DNA of 63,994 bases, counting the filler, from Diploschistes diacapsis (lineage: Eukaryota): the NCBI GenBank assembly GCA_023645945.1. It is 5 parts of 5 records of this genome, joined end to end, with 100 filler letters (N's around TTAATTAATTAA, not from the genome) between each part and the next. Parts side by side here need not be neighbours in the genome. Positions count along the whole stretch, not along the records: positions 24,771 to 55,964 come from JALAIB010000119.1; 4 more parts are not named here. One strand, 5' to 3'. Position numbers and translations under genes: made by a program. Shown here piece after piece: positions 37,096-50,138 of this stretch (position 1 is its first letter; the number at the start of each line of letters is the position of its first letter). The notes under the pieces are model-generated. The model was not told the origin of the DNA and searched no databases. It saw only the letters and a program-made list of their open reading frames with translations.

Positions 37096-39800
37096 TTAGC
37101 TAGCCAACTCGACTCTTTTCCCCAGCAGAGTTCTGGCATCACTCTCCGTCAAGCTATCGAGACCCAGCTGCTCAAGGACCTCTCTTGCGCTCTCGTTACT
37201 CTTATATACCTTCCTCTCAATTTCCCATATGCTTAGGCTCCTATCCTTGCTCGCACTGTCTAGCTCTTCGCTGCCGTCTTTGCTGTCGCTTGCCTTGATC
37301 GGCGCCCCGATCAGGTCCAAAGCATTCGATAGCTTACGCATACCTAATCGGCCTTGACCATCGCCTGTGAATCGATCGAAGACGGCCCATAGGGTCTCCA
37401 TATCTCGGCGCAGTTGCGTGATTCCCGTGGTCGAGAAATTATGCGGAGCGATTGAGTGATCCCAGATAAATGTTTGTATGGAAAGCGCAAGCTGTCGCGA
37501 GATGCGTCGAAGGGAAGCATGTCCCAATACTTTCTTGAGGAATGCAAGGTAAGATGTAAGCTTTTGAAGAGGATTGTCCAGCTCTGTAGAGATCGAAAAA
37601 GAAGCGGAGGCTAGCATATCTGTATGAATTGAAGCCCAAGAGCTGATACGTCCATACAGACGCAATGATTCTTTGATGTCGTTTAGGTGCTCTTGAATGA
37701 TCTCTTCGGTCCGCACTCGCAGACGACGATAGGCCCCAGCTGTTTCATCGAAGAGTGCTCCGGATTCTTCAGCAGACCCTACGTTACTTGAAGTACGCTC
37801 CGCCACATCCGCAACGCTCAAGTCTCTCGCAATATTGCCGCCGCCGTAACCCTTGTTGCGAGCTCGGTATTGCAACTCATCCCAGAGTTCGAGGAAGAAA
37901 AGGTCATCGCTCCAGTCCCGCATTTTTTTCTCCAGATACTCAGCGCTACCGTAGACACGGCATAACCTCTCTAGACCGTTCAAGCCTTGGACTTTGGCTT
38001 GCTCTTCTTTAGAGATCCCCTGTACCGTACGGGCGATACTCGATGTCATAGTGATATAGGCGTCAAGAGACGAGTGCAGTGCTTCATGAAATTTATCGAA
38101 TATTGTTATCTGGATTTCGATAAGGAAGCGAAGTTTTTGCGAGAAGGAAATTAGATGGCGATATCGATCTAGCATCAGTTAATCAGCTCCTGGCCAGTAT
38201 CGCAGAGCATTGATTGAACCTGTTATGCTCTCAAGAAGATCGTTCACTCGAATTGCAGCTTTCGTTGGCTTCGTGACCCCAGGATCAACGCTGTCGTAGT
38301 CGATCTCCCGGCTTTCCGGCGGATCAACGATGCTTTGATACCGTGTCATGGCAACTGAGAAGAAGAACTATTAGTGTCCAAAAAGACAGCTCGATGGTAC
38401 TAACAGTCTTTCTCGACCTGCAACCATTTTCCAAACCAGTCAAGCTTCACAAGAACCTCCCATGTCAGGCCTTTCCAGCCATCCACCCCGCAACCTCCCT
38501 CGTAACCCCAGTCGTCTCTCATGCTGTTATCGAAGCTCATGAGTTCATGCATAAAGTGGCTTATCAACTGTGGCAGCCGAGCTATTTGAGGCAGATAGCT
38601 CTGCACCTTTTGTCGAAGCATAGGCAACAAAGCTGTAATCATAGCAGATGTCGAGTCAATATAGCTGGGGTTAAGTGCTAAATTTGATCCCTTGAAGCGC
38701 GTAGAAAGAACGGGCTGAAGATATTGCGCAAAAAAATCGTCATAGGAATTGAGAATGCCGACAACATGAGAGAGAAAGTATTCCGGCTACAGATTTTAGT
38801 AACTTTGATTTCGTCGGATTTGCTTGGACGAACCTTGTCTAGGCGATTGGTAGGCTTATCGCCTTCAAAATGGTACTTGAACCTTAATTCAAGTGGTTTG
38901 GCCATCACCTCGAGAGGAAGAAGGACAAGCGGACCGTGTACATGCTTTTGCAGGATAGCGCTCTTTTCCCTTGAGTTCAGCTCTGGCTCCTGCAAATCCA
39001 GGAGTCGTTCTACGCCCTCCGCCCATTCTTGGGCTAGCGGACCTTCCAGAGCGATATCTTTACTGGGCCAATGTATCTTATGCAGGGTTACCTCGAACTT
39101 TGACGCAAAGGTGTCCTTCATCTGCTTCCACAGCGAATTTGCAGTATGCTCGATATGGTCTACCAGATGCGGCGCTGCATCTTCAGCGGCTGGTTGAGCT
39201 TGCTTGAGAGCAAAAGCAAGCTCTTGTAGCTGAATGTAAGGCCTCAAAGCCTCCTGCGGAGACTTGTTGAAGTTCAAGCGAGTCTCAGCGCTGAACCGTA
39301 CTGGGTAAGAAGATAGAATTTTCTAAGAAGAGCTACTCTTACCTCAGTCTCTCTATATCTGTAAGCAAGTCTACGTAAGCCTGAGCCACGTCGAGTCGTT
39401 GAAGCTTGGATATGCTTGAATCGAACTTTTGAACGGCTTCATCGCTCGTGTCAGAACGAGTGATAACCATCAGCCTACGGTCGATACCCTGTTGCTTGGC
39501 GTTGAATTCTTTGATTTGATTTTCGATAGCAGAAGAATGGGCTTGAGAAGCTTCGCTTGTCTCTCGCAAGCTTGTCTCTGCCTCAGCCAGCTATTAGAGA
39601 TTGTTAGCAAGTAAGCATTCAAGAGGCCGTAAATTCGGTACCTGCTGTCGCAGCAGAAGTTGCTGTTGGAGGACACCGTGTAGCAGCACATCGATACTTT
39701 CCAAGTCTGCAAAGGTTTGCAGCTTGTCATTCAGATAGTCTTCGACACGGCTTTCGCCATCCAAGCTCCTCGGACTATACAGAGCCATGCTCGTGGTCAT
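37096..39800 (-). CDS. TIP20: RINT-1/Tip20 family ER-Golgi tethering (Dsl1 complex) subunit, about 5 introns
   Basis: RVEDYLNDKLQT, LLPLEVMAKPLELRFKYHFEGDKPTNRLDK, SHFMHELMSFD, SFSQKLRFLIEIQI, DWSDDLFFLELW. Confidence 0.88.
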
Positions 39801-40146
39801 AACTGCTCCTAAACCGTTCTTATTATGAAACTACAGATCAAACCTCGAAAACATCTGAGAATTATGCTTTTGTTCAGAAAGTGAGTTTCGCAGTTGTCAC
39901 AATCTCAATCTCAACGGCCATCATGCGTATGAAGTTAGTCTAATGCCAAGCTTTACTCCGGCTCAAACAAGGAGCTTGGACCGCCAAACTCTATCTCCAT
40001 TCCTGAGTCCGTCAATGACGTCCAATGAGACGTTTTAACGTATTGAAGCTTCCTATGATGGAGCCTGCCATTGGAGAATGCATATGCCCTTGTACTCGAT
40101 ATTCCATATTCAGCCTCTCTCCGGGGCTATATTAGTTTTGACTGTC

Positions 40147-42781
40147 ATGGCCAGTCCATCGAAACGGCGCCGGAAGAATGACTTTCAGCCATCATCACAG
40201 CCCGTGAAAAGCCTCGACTTTTTCTTCAGCAAGCAAAAGACGGCACAGGCGGCTCGCGAAGTGCTTAACAAGCCGAAAGGTTCGGAGACCGAAGTACTCG
40301 AAGATGTCGTCACTAGCTCTACTCCCCTCACAGATCAAGAGCTTGCGCGCCAGCTGCAAGAAGAATGGAACCAGGAGGATTACAAATCAGTTGACAATGG
40401 AGTGCCATCGCAAATAGGAACATCGGCTCAGGATCACACCTCTGTTGGCCAAGCACCTGAAGCACGAGGTGTCGATGCCGACTCCAGCGGGCCGCAAGTT
40501 GTGAATGAGAAAGCTATCTTGTCATTACAGTCTGTGGCTTCTTCCGAAGACGACATTACTACATGCATGCCATTCGATGACCATCCTTTAACCTTCGATC
40601 CACAAGAATATATTCCCAGGTTGAAAAAGTGCTGGGAAGCAACTGGCAATGATGCCTCCTATGGCATACTAAGTCACGCCTTCGTGCTCATTAACAGCAC
40701 CAAAAGTCGTATTAAGATCGTGGACACTTTAACCAATTTTCTCAGAACTCTCATTGAAGGGAACCCAGGAAGTCTCTTGTCAGCAGTTTGTTATTATTAT
40801 CCGAAGCTTCTGGCTTATGCTAATAGCTCGTTAGGTCTGGCTCACAACAAACGCTATATCCCCACCATACATAAATCTCGAGCTAGGATTAGGAGGCTCT
40901 TCCATATCGAAAGCTCTTCAAAAGGTTTGTGGTCTCAAACCCGCAGGCCTGAAGGCCTTATACGACAAGCATGGAGACGCTGGGGATGTTGCGTTTGAAG
41001 CGAAGAAAAAGCAGAGTTTCACGTTGCGGAAGCCTAAGCCACTATCCATCAACGGTGTCTATCAAAGCTTGGTAAAAATTGCGAATAGTAAGGGTCAGGG
41101 TAGCCAAGACTTCAAGCAGCGCATCGTCGAGCGACTGCTCCAAGACACCCAATCGGCAGAGCAGAGTCGTTATCTTGTGCGAACTCTGTGCCAGCACCTG
41201 CGCATTGGCGCTGTAAAGACAACCATGCTGATCGCCCTTTCTCGTGCATTTTTGCTTTCCAAACCTCCGAATGCGGATTTTCCGATTCACCAAATGTCGG
41301 AGCTTGCTGAACTTAAGAAAGAAGCGCTGACTGAGCTGTATGCTAAGAGCGAGGAGCTTGTGAAAGCAAGCTTTGCTAGACGCCCGAATTACAACGATCT
41401 TGTCCCTTGTCTTCTCGAGACTGGCAGCTCAGAAGAGCTACTCATTCGTTGCGGCTTGGGTCTCCACATTCCTCTAAGGCCTATGCTCGGTAGCATCACA
41501 AGAGATTTGGGGGAGATGCTGACTAAATTACAAGGTCGCGACTTTAGCTGCGAGTACAAATATGATGGTCAGCGTGCACAAGTTCATTGCGATGCGCTGG
41601 GAAAGGTCTCCATCTTCTCACGCCACCTTGAAGTCATGACGGAAAAGTATCCCGATCTTGTGGCCCTTGTTCCGAAGATAAGAGGAGAGGGAGTTAACAG
41701 CTTTATGCTCGAGGGCGAGGTAGTTGCCATCGATCAAAAGACAGGCAACCTGAAACCTTTCCAAACTCTGACGAACCGTGCTAAGAAGGACGTCGATATT
41801 GGCGCTGTGACCATCGACGTCTGTCTCTTTGCCTTTGACTTAATGTACTTGAACAATGAGCCACTGTTAGACAGATCCTTTCGCGAACGCAGGAACCTTC
41901 TGCAAAGTCTATTCCAGGAGATACCGCATCGATTTACCTGGGTCAATAGCCTAGATGCAACATCCGCTGACTCGGAGGTCGTATTGGATTTCTTTAAGTC
42001 TGCTATTGATGTCAAATGTGAAGGAATTATGGTCAAGATACTGGACAATGTGGAAAACCCGTACCTTGAGACAATTGAACCTGAAGAAGAGCCAGCGGAA
42101 CCCAACGTCAATGCATATGCAACACCTTCGAAAAGGAAAAAAAAAGTCAATCTTATTGACAAACCAGGAGAGAGGACGAAGGGGTCACGACGGAAGGCCC
42201 TACTTGCCACATATGAGCCCGACAAGCGGCTAGATTCATGGCTGAAGGTGAAGAAAGACTACAACACTTCCGCAGACACGCTGGACCTCATTCCAATAGC
42301 AGGCTGGCATGGTCAAGGCCGTAAGGCGAAGTGGTGGTCCCCTATCCTTTTAGCCGTTCGAAACCCGGAAACGGGCAGCCTAGAAGCTGTCACTAAATGT
42401 ATCAGTGGCTTCACAGACAAATTCTACCAAGCCAACAAGGATAAGTATGCCGAAGGCAGTGACAATATCATCGCCAAGCCCAGCTATGTCGAATATGCAG
42501 GCCATCCTGACGTCTGGTTCGAACCTCAGGAGGTATGGGAGATGGCATTTGCAGATATCACTTTAAGCCCTACATACCTTGCTGCTATCGGCCTCGTTTC
42601 CGAAGATCGTGGCCTAAGCACCCGCTTCCCGCGATTCCTAAGAGTCCGCGAAGACAAGAGCATCGACGAAGCTTCATCTTCGGAATTTCTTGCAAGCCTG
42701 TTTCGGAAGCAAGAGGCGACGGCCACAGTAAACCCTGCAGCCCGCGTGAATGGTGATGATTTTGAAGAAGGGGATGAATAA
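40147..42781 (+). CDS. ATP-dependent DNA ligase, ligase I family paralogue (fungal 'ligase 3'/adl1-like rather than Cdc9); intron 40786-40834
   Basis: Motif I EYKYDGQRAQVH, EGEVV, FAFDLMYLN, EGIMVK, WLKVKKDY and RFPRF. Splicing gives LLSAVWLTTNAISPPY. Confidence 0.88.
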
Positions 42782-43580
42782 TGGACTCGGATGCGACACG
42801 CTTGTACCTAGATCAAGATGCATGATATCTAACAGGGAACGACAAAGGAGGGCGCCAAAGAGTGCCCCATCAATAAAGAGTACAATGGCGAACCCGTGGT
42901 AAGGTTGGTGGCATTAGGGTCGCCAGACAGCTACCTACTTGATCCATAAACTTGGTAGCTCATACACACTAAACACCGAAATCGCTGTACTTGTCAGGAC
43001 TGTAGACAATCTGAATACTATTGAAAAAACTTACGATGTAGGCGGATTAGCTATCGCCAACATCATCGTGCAGCGACCGAGTGCCAAGACTCTTCGGAAT
43101 CCAACTTCAAATAGAAGAGCCTCACCACAGAGCCTCACCACACTGTCAGAAGCAGGATTGTTCGTGGACAACCAGCAGAGGAGCATACCAGCAGAGAAGC
43201 ATATAATTCTCGCGCTGCTACAGTCTACTACACGGCCATTCTCAGTCCCTTCCGTCCTCCGCCATTTATCCATCCTTTGGAAGGCACGATTCTACCCCAA
43301 TACTGTACGAGGTTCTTCGATATCGCCTATGCCTCTCGCTCTGCCCTTCCTCGACCTGGTTTATAAGGAATCCAGCTACACTCAATGATTGCATATTGTC
43401 TTGAAACTCCAGGACTGGTCGTGGAAAGGTTCTGCGACTTGTCCTAACGTCACCCGACTCCGGTTCGGACAGATGTATCTTAGCGGTTCCCGGAAATAAT
43501 GCGCCCATTTCTAAGACGCGTAAGAGGAGCCGATACTTGGCTTCGACTGTGAAAGCTATAAACAGACAGCGGTGGCAGAC

Positions 43581-46500
43581 ATGGATTCTCAGATGACAGG
43601 GCAAGGAGGCTTCTCCAACGGTCGACAATACTCTGCAGATGATCTGCGAAGGTTATCGCGGAACAACCCGCAAGCGATGATGAACGCTATGATGCCCGAT
43701 GCCAACATGGCGGACACGAATATGCTAGACTCGCAAAGCTTGGACAATATGATAAACCAAAGCATGGCTGGACCGCAAAGGAGAAGTACCTTCCACCAAC
43801 AAATGGGCGGCTCCGGGAATAGGCCGCCAAGTGTCAGCCGAAGGGCTTCAATGCTAGAATTTGGTTCCTTGCACAACAACGACCTTGACGGGTTTCAATT
43901 CTCGCCTTCTCCGTTGCCTCACAGTCCCACCACGCTTCCGAATGGTGGCGGAATCGCTAGAAGAAGACTGGAGGCTCGGCAGGCCATGCACCGGCAACAA
44001 TCTGGCGAAAATCTGTCGCTCGATCCTCAATATCAGAGCATGACTCCAAACATGACAGATATGGCGCAGTCGCCCTTATTCCAGCAGCCCATGTCTTCGG
44101 AACAGTTGAATTTGGATTCCGGCAACGATTACGTGGGAGACATGGATTTGGCGATGGACATGGGGAATGGGATGAACTCCGCAATGTTCGACGGTATGTC
44201 AAATATGGGAATGTACTCATCTACGGACTTCGGTATGCCGGTCAATTCCATGTCTCAAGGTCCATCCCGAATGCTGGACATATCGTCGGATGCTCCACAA
44301 TCAATGGGAACCATGGCAGAGCAGACTATGATGCACAAAATGCCCCAGATGAAAATGACGGACCCTAGCGGGAAGAACGATTATACGCAGTCTCTTAGTT
44401 TTCCTACCGATCCCAGCGCACAATCTGCTCCAACACAGAACCAAAATTTCAATGGCGACAATGGGCAAGCTACGAATTTCTCATCGAAGTCTCAGCAACA
44501 GGGAGCGAACAGTATGCAGCAAAGGAACACTTCTAATTCACAGAATACCTTCTCGACTGGAGCTCCTGTGGCGAACCTCAAAGACCAGGGTAACGTGCCC
44601 CAATATCTTAATGCTTACTCGTCGACTGGCTTCGATATGCTTGGAGTTCTGATGCGGGTGGCTACACGGCCACAGCCTCAGATCAACATTGGAGCGGTAG
44701 ACATGTCGTGCGCCTTTGTAGTCTGCGATGTGACGCAGCACGATGTCCCTATACTGTATTGCTCGGAGATGTTCGAACGCCTTACGGGCTACAGCAGGCA
44801 CGAGATCCTCGGGCGAAATTGTCGCTTCCTGCAGGCCCCGGACGGCAAGGTGCAGACCGGCGTAAAGCGGAATTATGTTGATGATTCGGCCGTGTTTCAC
44901 CTGAAAACTATGATCAACTCGCAATCAGAGGCACAAATCAGCTTAATAAATTACCGAAAGGGGGGGCAGCCCTTCATGAACCTTTTGACAATGATTCCCA
45001 TTGCTTGGGATACAGCCGACATAAAGTACTATGTTGGTTTCCAGGTCGATCTTGTTGAGCAGCCCACATCAATTACAAATAAAAATCCCGGTAGGTCCTT
45101 TAGGCTTGTAACTTGCAATCAGCTAACCGGTCCAGACGGTTCATATTCGATAAACTATCAGAGAGGTTTTCTGCCTACATTCGTATTTAACAGTACTCCA
45201 GAGACGAACAGAGGAAGAGAAGCAGATGCCAACCCACCTCTGGAAAGGGACGAGGTTTCAATGGTACTTAGTACGCTCGGGACGAACGAATCGGAGCTCT
45301 ACAAGCGGATCTGGGATAAAGTCTTACTTGAGGGCACAGATGATGTTCTTCACGTGCTCTCATTAAAGGGCTTGTTCCTGTATCTCTCACAGGCTTCGAA
45401 GAAAGTGCTTGAATATGAGCCACACGAGCTCGTCGGAACAGCCTTGTCTTCTGTTTGCCATCCTAGTGACATTGTTCCAGTGACACGCGAGCTTAAAGAT
45501 ACCGCGCCTGGAGCCACGGTCAACGTTGTTTTTAGAATTCGGCGAAAGTATTCCGGCTACACTTGGTTCGAGAGTAACGGCTCTCTTCACACCGAGCAGG
45601 GGAAGGGAAAAAAGTGCATTATACTGGTTGGCCGAGAGAGACCAGTTTACGCCCTACGGCGCAACGATCTAGTGAACGCCCAAGCTATTGGTGAGAACGA
45701 GTTGTGGACAAAGATGTCTACCTCAGGAATGTTCCTCTTCGTCTCGTCACATGCTAGAAGTCTGCTAGACCGGCAGCCAGATGAGTTGAGGGGCACGAGT
45801 GTGCAGTCGCTCATGAGGCCCGAGTCAAAGGCCGAATTCAACAAAATGCTTGAGTTGGCAAGGATAGGTATCAGAAGTACCTTCAGACATGACATACAAA
45901 ACCGGCGAGGCCAAACATTACACGCTCAGACGACGCTCTACCCGGGAGACGCATTGGAGGGGCAGAAACCATCTTTCTTAGTAGCGCAAACTAAGCTTCT
46001 TAAGATGTCGCGTGGCGTAGCTACGTTGAGCAAGCAGAATTCAGGAGGCTCTGGAGGGACGGATCAGTCGGGCAATGTGCCGCCGGCATCGCAAAGCGGA
46101 ACCCCGGTGCAGTCTGGCCATGGTGTTTCTGGAGGCTCCATCCCATTAGCCAACCAATCGCACCCGTTGGCTGAGGGTATCGTTACAGCTGCAGGGGCGA
46201 ATGCGGTCCCCATTGGAAATCAACAGCCGATTATGGCATCAGAGGATAACGTGTTCGACGAGCTAAAGACTACAAGAAGTACCAGCTGGCAATTTGAGCT
46301 ACGGCAGATGGAGAAACGAAACAGGGTCCTAGCTGAGGAGATGCAGAGCTTGATGAGCAACAAAAAGAAGCGAAAGCGTAGGAAAGGTCTTGGCCAGCTC
46401 CAGAAGGACTGCGTCAACTGCCACACCAGATCGACGCCAGAATGGAGAAGAGGGCCGAGTGGTAATCGAGATTTGTGCAACAGCTGTGGCCTACGATGGG

Positions 46501-46799
46501 CGAAGCAGGTAAGCTACAACATGTAACTTCTCTCGTCAGTTACCCGCACATAGCTAACGATACTATAGAACGGTCGTGTATCGCCACGTACTACATCATC
46601 ACACCCTAGTGAGATGGCATCCGCATCACCCGCCCACTCCGAATCCGTCAACTTCACTAAATCTCCGACGTACACGAGAAGATCGCCTGAACAGCAGCAC
46701 TCGGACAGCAAGATCAAAAAGGAACCTTCTTCTACCATGACGGGTTACGGAGGCACCCGGCCCGAGAAAATTGACGAAGAGGCCGAGCCGCCAGACTGA
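43581..46799 (+). CDS. wc-1: White collar-1 blue-light photoreceptor/GATA transcription factor; introns 45091-45135 and 46509-46568
   Basis: [15 protein letters not shown] motif GRNCRFLQ, two further PAS domains, a KKKRKRRK basic region and a GATA finger [22 protein letters not shown]. Confidence 0.96.
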
Positions 46800-48599
46800 A
46801 CAGCTGGTTTTTTCCCCTAGCACTCGGTTCGTCTCATCTTGCACATATGACACGATATTATCCGCCATTTAGGCCAGCGTTGCGGGCCATTTCTTTCATT
46901 CTTGTCGAGCAATCTTTTCTTACCTATACCCCGGTGTGCATGACGATTTTTTGGCGCCAAAACGGGAGCAGGTTGGGATGGCACCGGCGCCGAGCGTTAG
47001 CGACATACTTTACGGTGTCACGAACCTTGGCGATTCTTTCTATTGTCCAGAGTTGCAAGCTGGATGCCCTCCCGCCCTTGTGTTGAATTAAAGTTGACGT
47101 ATATGACGTTTACGAACATTTGGGCTATTCTAAGTTGTTAGTGGACTCTTTTATTATACAGCGGGGGGAGGTTATAGGATTGTGGGAGTAGGCCGGCAGG
47201 CAGGCGGGTGGAAGGCCGCCGAAGAGGCTTTGGATAGCACTGCTGGCTCATATCATCGATGTTGTGGCAAGTTGATGATGACGGATGTAGATGTGTAGCA
47301 AGAGTATTGAGCCTTTCAGAGATCTTGCCGGGCCTTGTGATCTGGGATGGGAGACAGGAATCGCAGGCTTCTTACACTTGCATTGATTGATGTTGTAGCT
47401 TTCTTGATCCACGTACAGTTCATCAAGCTTATCTTCAAGTTGACCAGCGGAACGCAGAATAGAAATGCCGTGTGCTATCACGCCACTCACTGTACATACA
47501 TATAGCCAAGGCAGCCCTCAAGATGCCCATAATTCGTTGCATTACATCTACCTTTCCCCTGTAAGTCAGCAGTGCTTTCGGGATGTATCATTGAATTCTA
47601 GCCTCAGTCTCTGGCGCGGACTTGTTACCAAGCAGCCTCTTGCGTCCGTTCCAAAAGGTTGTGTACTAGGTATCATCAGTTCTGGCATACTCCCCAGGCA
47701 CCCACACCGGTCGACCTGTATGCGGTTGAATCGGTTCCATAACGTCGTTAATATCTCCACTAGCTTTGCCATACTTCGAAGGTAGCATTCGGGCCTCGGG
47801 TGGTTCCATGACCTGAATGCGCCCATTGAACGGCAGGCAAGCAAACTTTGTTCTTGCAATTGCTGCGCTATGGGTGAACATCTATTTCATCATCGCCGAT
47901 CATGCACGGGAGACAATAAACAAAGAGGGGGCAAAAGATTAGCAAGCATAGAGCGCTCTTCCTATTAGAGTTTATATCAGAGGTTTACACAATAGCCGCG
48001 CTCCAGAAACGCGCTTGCCGTTGACCATCCGAGTTGTCCTTGGTACCGGATGTCTTGGGTTCTCCTCTGGCAATACGGACAGTCTATCCATGCTCCCATC
48101 CTGCCTGAATGCTGCAAGCGTGCAGCCATAACCGGATCGGCAGCTGGCGTAATTGTTGCGAATCCTTCATTCCGGTGGTTATTCCTGACCTTGCTCAGAG
48201 TGTGGATTATTCCTAAGCCTTGTTAGCGTCAAACATGCATCAATGTTATGAATCTTGAGAAATAAGGGTCTCCGGTTCAGTATTGTTGTGCACATTGCTC
48301 TCATTAATTTGGTGCGTGGTAGGCTGAATATCATCATCCCCCCATCTCATGCGTTTCCTCTCTTTGCACTTCTCCTTCTGCGGTAGAAACGGTCGCTATT
48401 CAACCCCAGGTTTGCCAGAAAGCTACAACAACAAGAACAGTATATCAAATGCAAGAGACACCATGACCTGACTTTGGCATATAAAAGTACCGTTGGTGTT
48501 CTAACAGAAAACGTCTTGCACAGCATCCAGGCGGCTCTCTAAGCACCTTTCTCGAATGAGACTCCCTGAAGAGGCTGGCGGATATTCTGTTACGCCACC

Positions 48600-50138
48600 A
48601 TGCGTCTTTTAAGTACTTCAGACCTTATCGTTGTCGATTTGGACCCAATGATATCCTCAAATACGCTATTCTTTCTCATACCAGGGCAAAGGACAAAGTC
48701 TCGTTCGAGCTTATCTAGGATGGGACTATGGAAAAGGGCTTACCTATTCCAAATTTAAGCATGCTTGCAGTATGGCACTCCATGACGGATTTGACTATAT
48801 CTGGATCGATACTTGTTGCATCGACAAGAGAAACAGCGAGCTATCGGAGTCAATCAATTCTATGCACAGATGGTACCAAAAGGCAGATATCTGTTATGTA
48901 TATCTTACGGACACCTCCAAAGACGTTGCTATGCTAGATGATAGCAGGGCGTTTAACATGTCCAGATGGTTTACACGAGGGTGGACTCTCCAAGAGCTCC
49001 TAGCACTAACAAATCTAGTTTTCTTTTCGGACGACCAGACAAATTTGGTAAGAAGCAATTACTAACAAGCAATATTGTCTTATAGAACCGGAATTCATGA
49101 AGATATACTAGCCAGCTTAGAACCGCTCGGTTCAGCTAGCATAGCCCAAAGAATGTCCCGGGCAGCTTCAAGGGAAATGACACGCTGAGAAGATACGGCT
49201 TATTGTCTGATGGGAATTTTCTCCGTGGCCATGCCCTTGTTGTATGGTGAAGGTGGGGAAAAGGCATTCTTACGACTCCAAGGAAATCATGAAAGAGTCA
49301 GGCAATCATTGTCTCTTTGCCTGGTTAGACTGTCTTAGACCTCAAGCCTCTTCAGAGTCATATTTTGGCTTATTTGCGTCATCCCTGGCCCCTTTTCTCA
49401 TTCCAAAGACTGCATCTCATATGAAGACTTTCATCCTCACGTCCCTCACTCAATGACCAATTGCGGCCTTCAGGTGAGGGCATTCATCTTACACCAGAGA
49501 ATGGCGACACTTATGTTGCCGCGTTCTATTGTCCTATTCTTCCGGATTATGATCACTTCAAGTTCCTGGGTATTTACCTGACGAAACTCTCCGCAGAGGG
49601 GACCAGTATGCGCGGATTCAGGTTGGCCAGCTTGCAGAGGTCAGTGAGCGTGGAAGCCTGCAGAGGATATATGTTCGTCAGTCATTTCCCGAGGCCTTGC
49701 TTCGTGGTGTTACCGCAGCATATATTCCAGCTCCGGAATGGGCCTCCAACAGTGTATAGCGTGATGAACATTATGGTACCCGAAGGTGTCAGCAAAGCCT
49801 TTGAACTCCATAGCATCAGCGACAAAGCAGCTCGTAAATGGATACCCTTACGATATCCAGTAGCTTTCAAAATCCCCAGAAGAGACGTTGAATTATCTGC
49901 AGTCCTTGTCGTGCAACGCGAAGACGGGGAATGGCTCGCAATACTATTGGGATCAGCGACCAGTTTTTCGGTAGGTTTCGACATAATCTCGCTACAACGA
50001 GGAAGGCTCGAAGATGAAGGGCGACTAGAGACCATCCAGGCATCTCTCAAACCAGTGGAGCCTGGTATCGTTACATCCCTCGAATACCATCCGCGTGAAC
50101 ATTCAGTTCGCATGTTCCGGTTTTGGCTTGACCAGTAA
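48600..50138 (+). pseudogene. HET-domain (heterokaryon incompatibility) pseudogene
   Basis: MRLL, YAILSH, YIWIDTCCIDK..ELSESINSM.RWY, SRWFTRGWTLQELLA, SIAQRMS.A..R.*EDTAYCLMGIF..MPLLYGEG.KAFLRLQ, spread over several frames with stops. Confidence 0.85.

Noticed and set aside
3320..46799. Flavin theme linking the Rib7 fusion to the FAD-binding photoreceptor WC-1
   Set aside because: They are on different contigs separated by artificial linkers; there is no evidence of linkage.
47250..48500. Short minus-strand ORFs downstream of wc-1
   Set aside because: Possibly a gene relic, but no recognisable family motifs.
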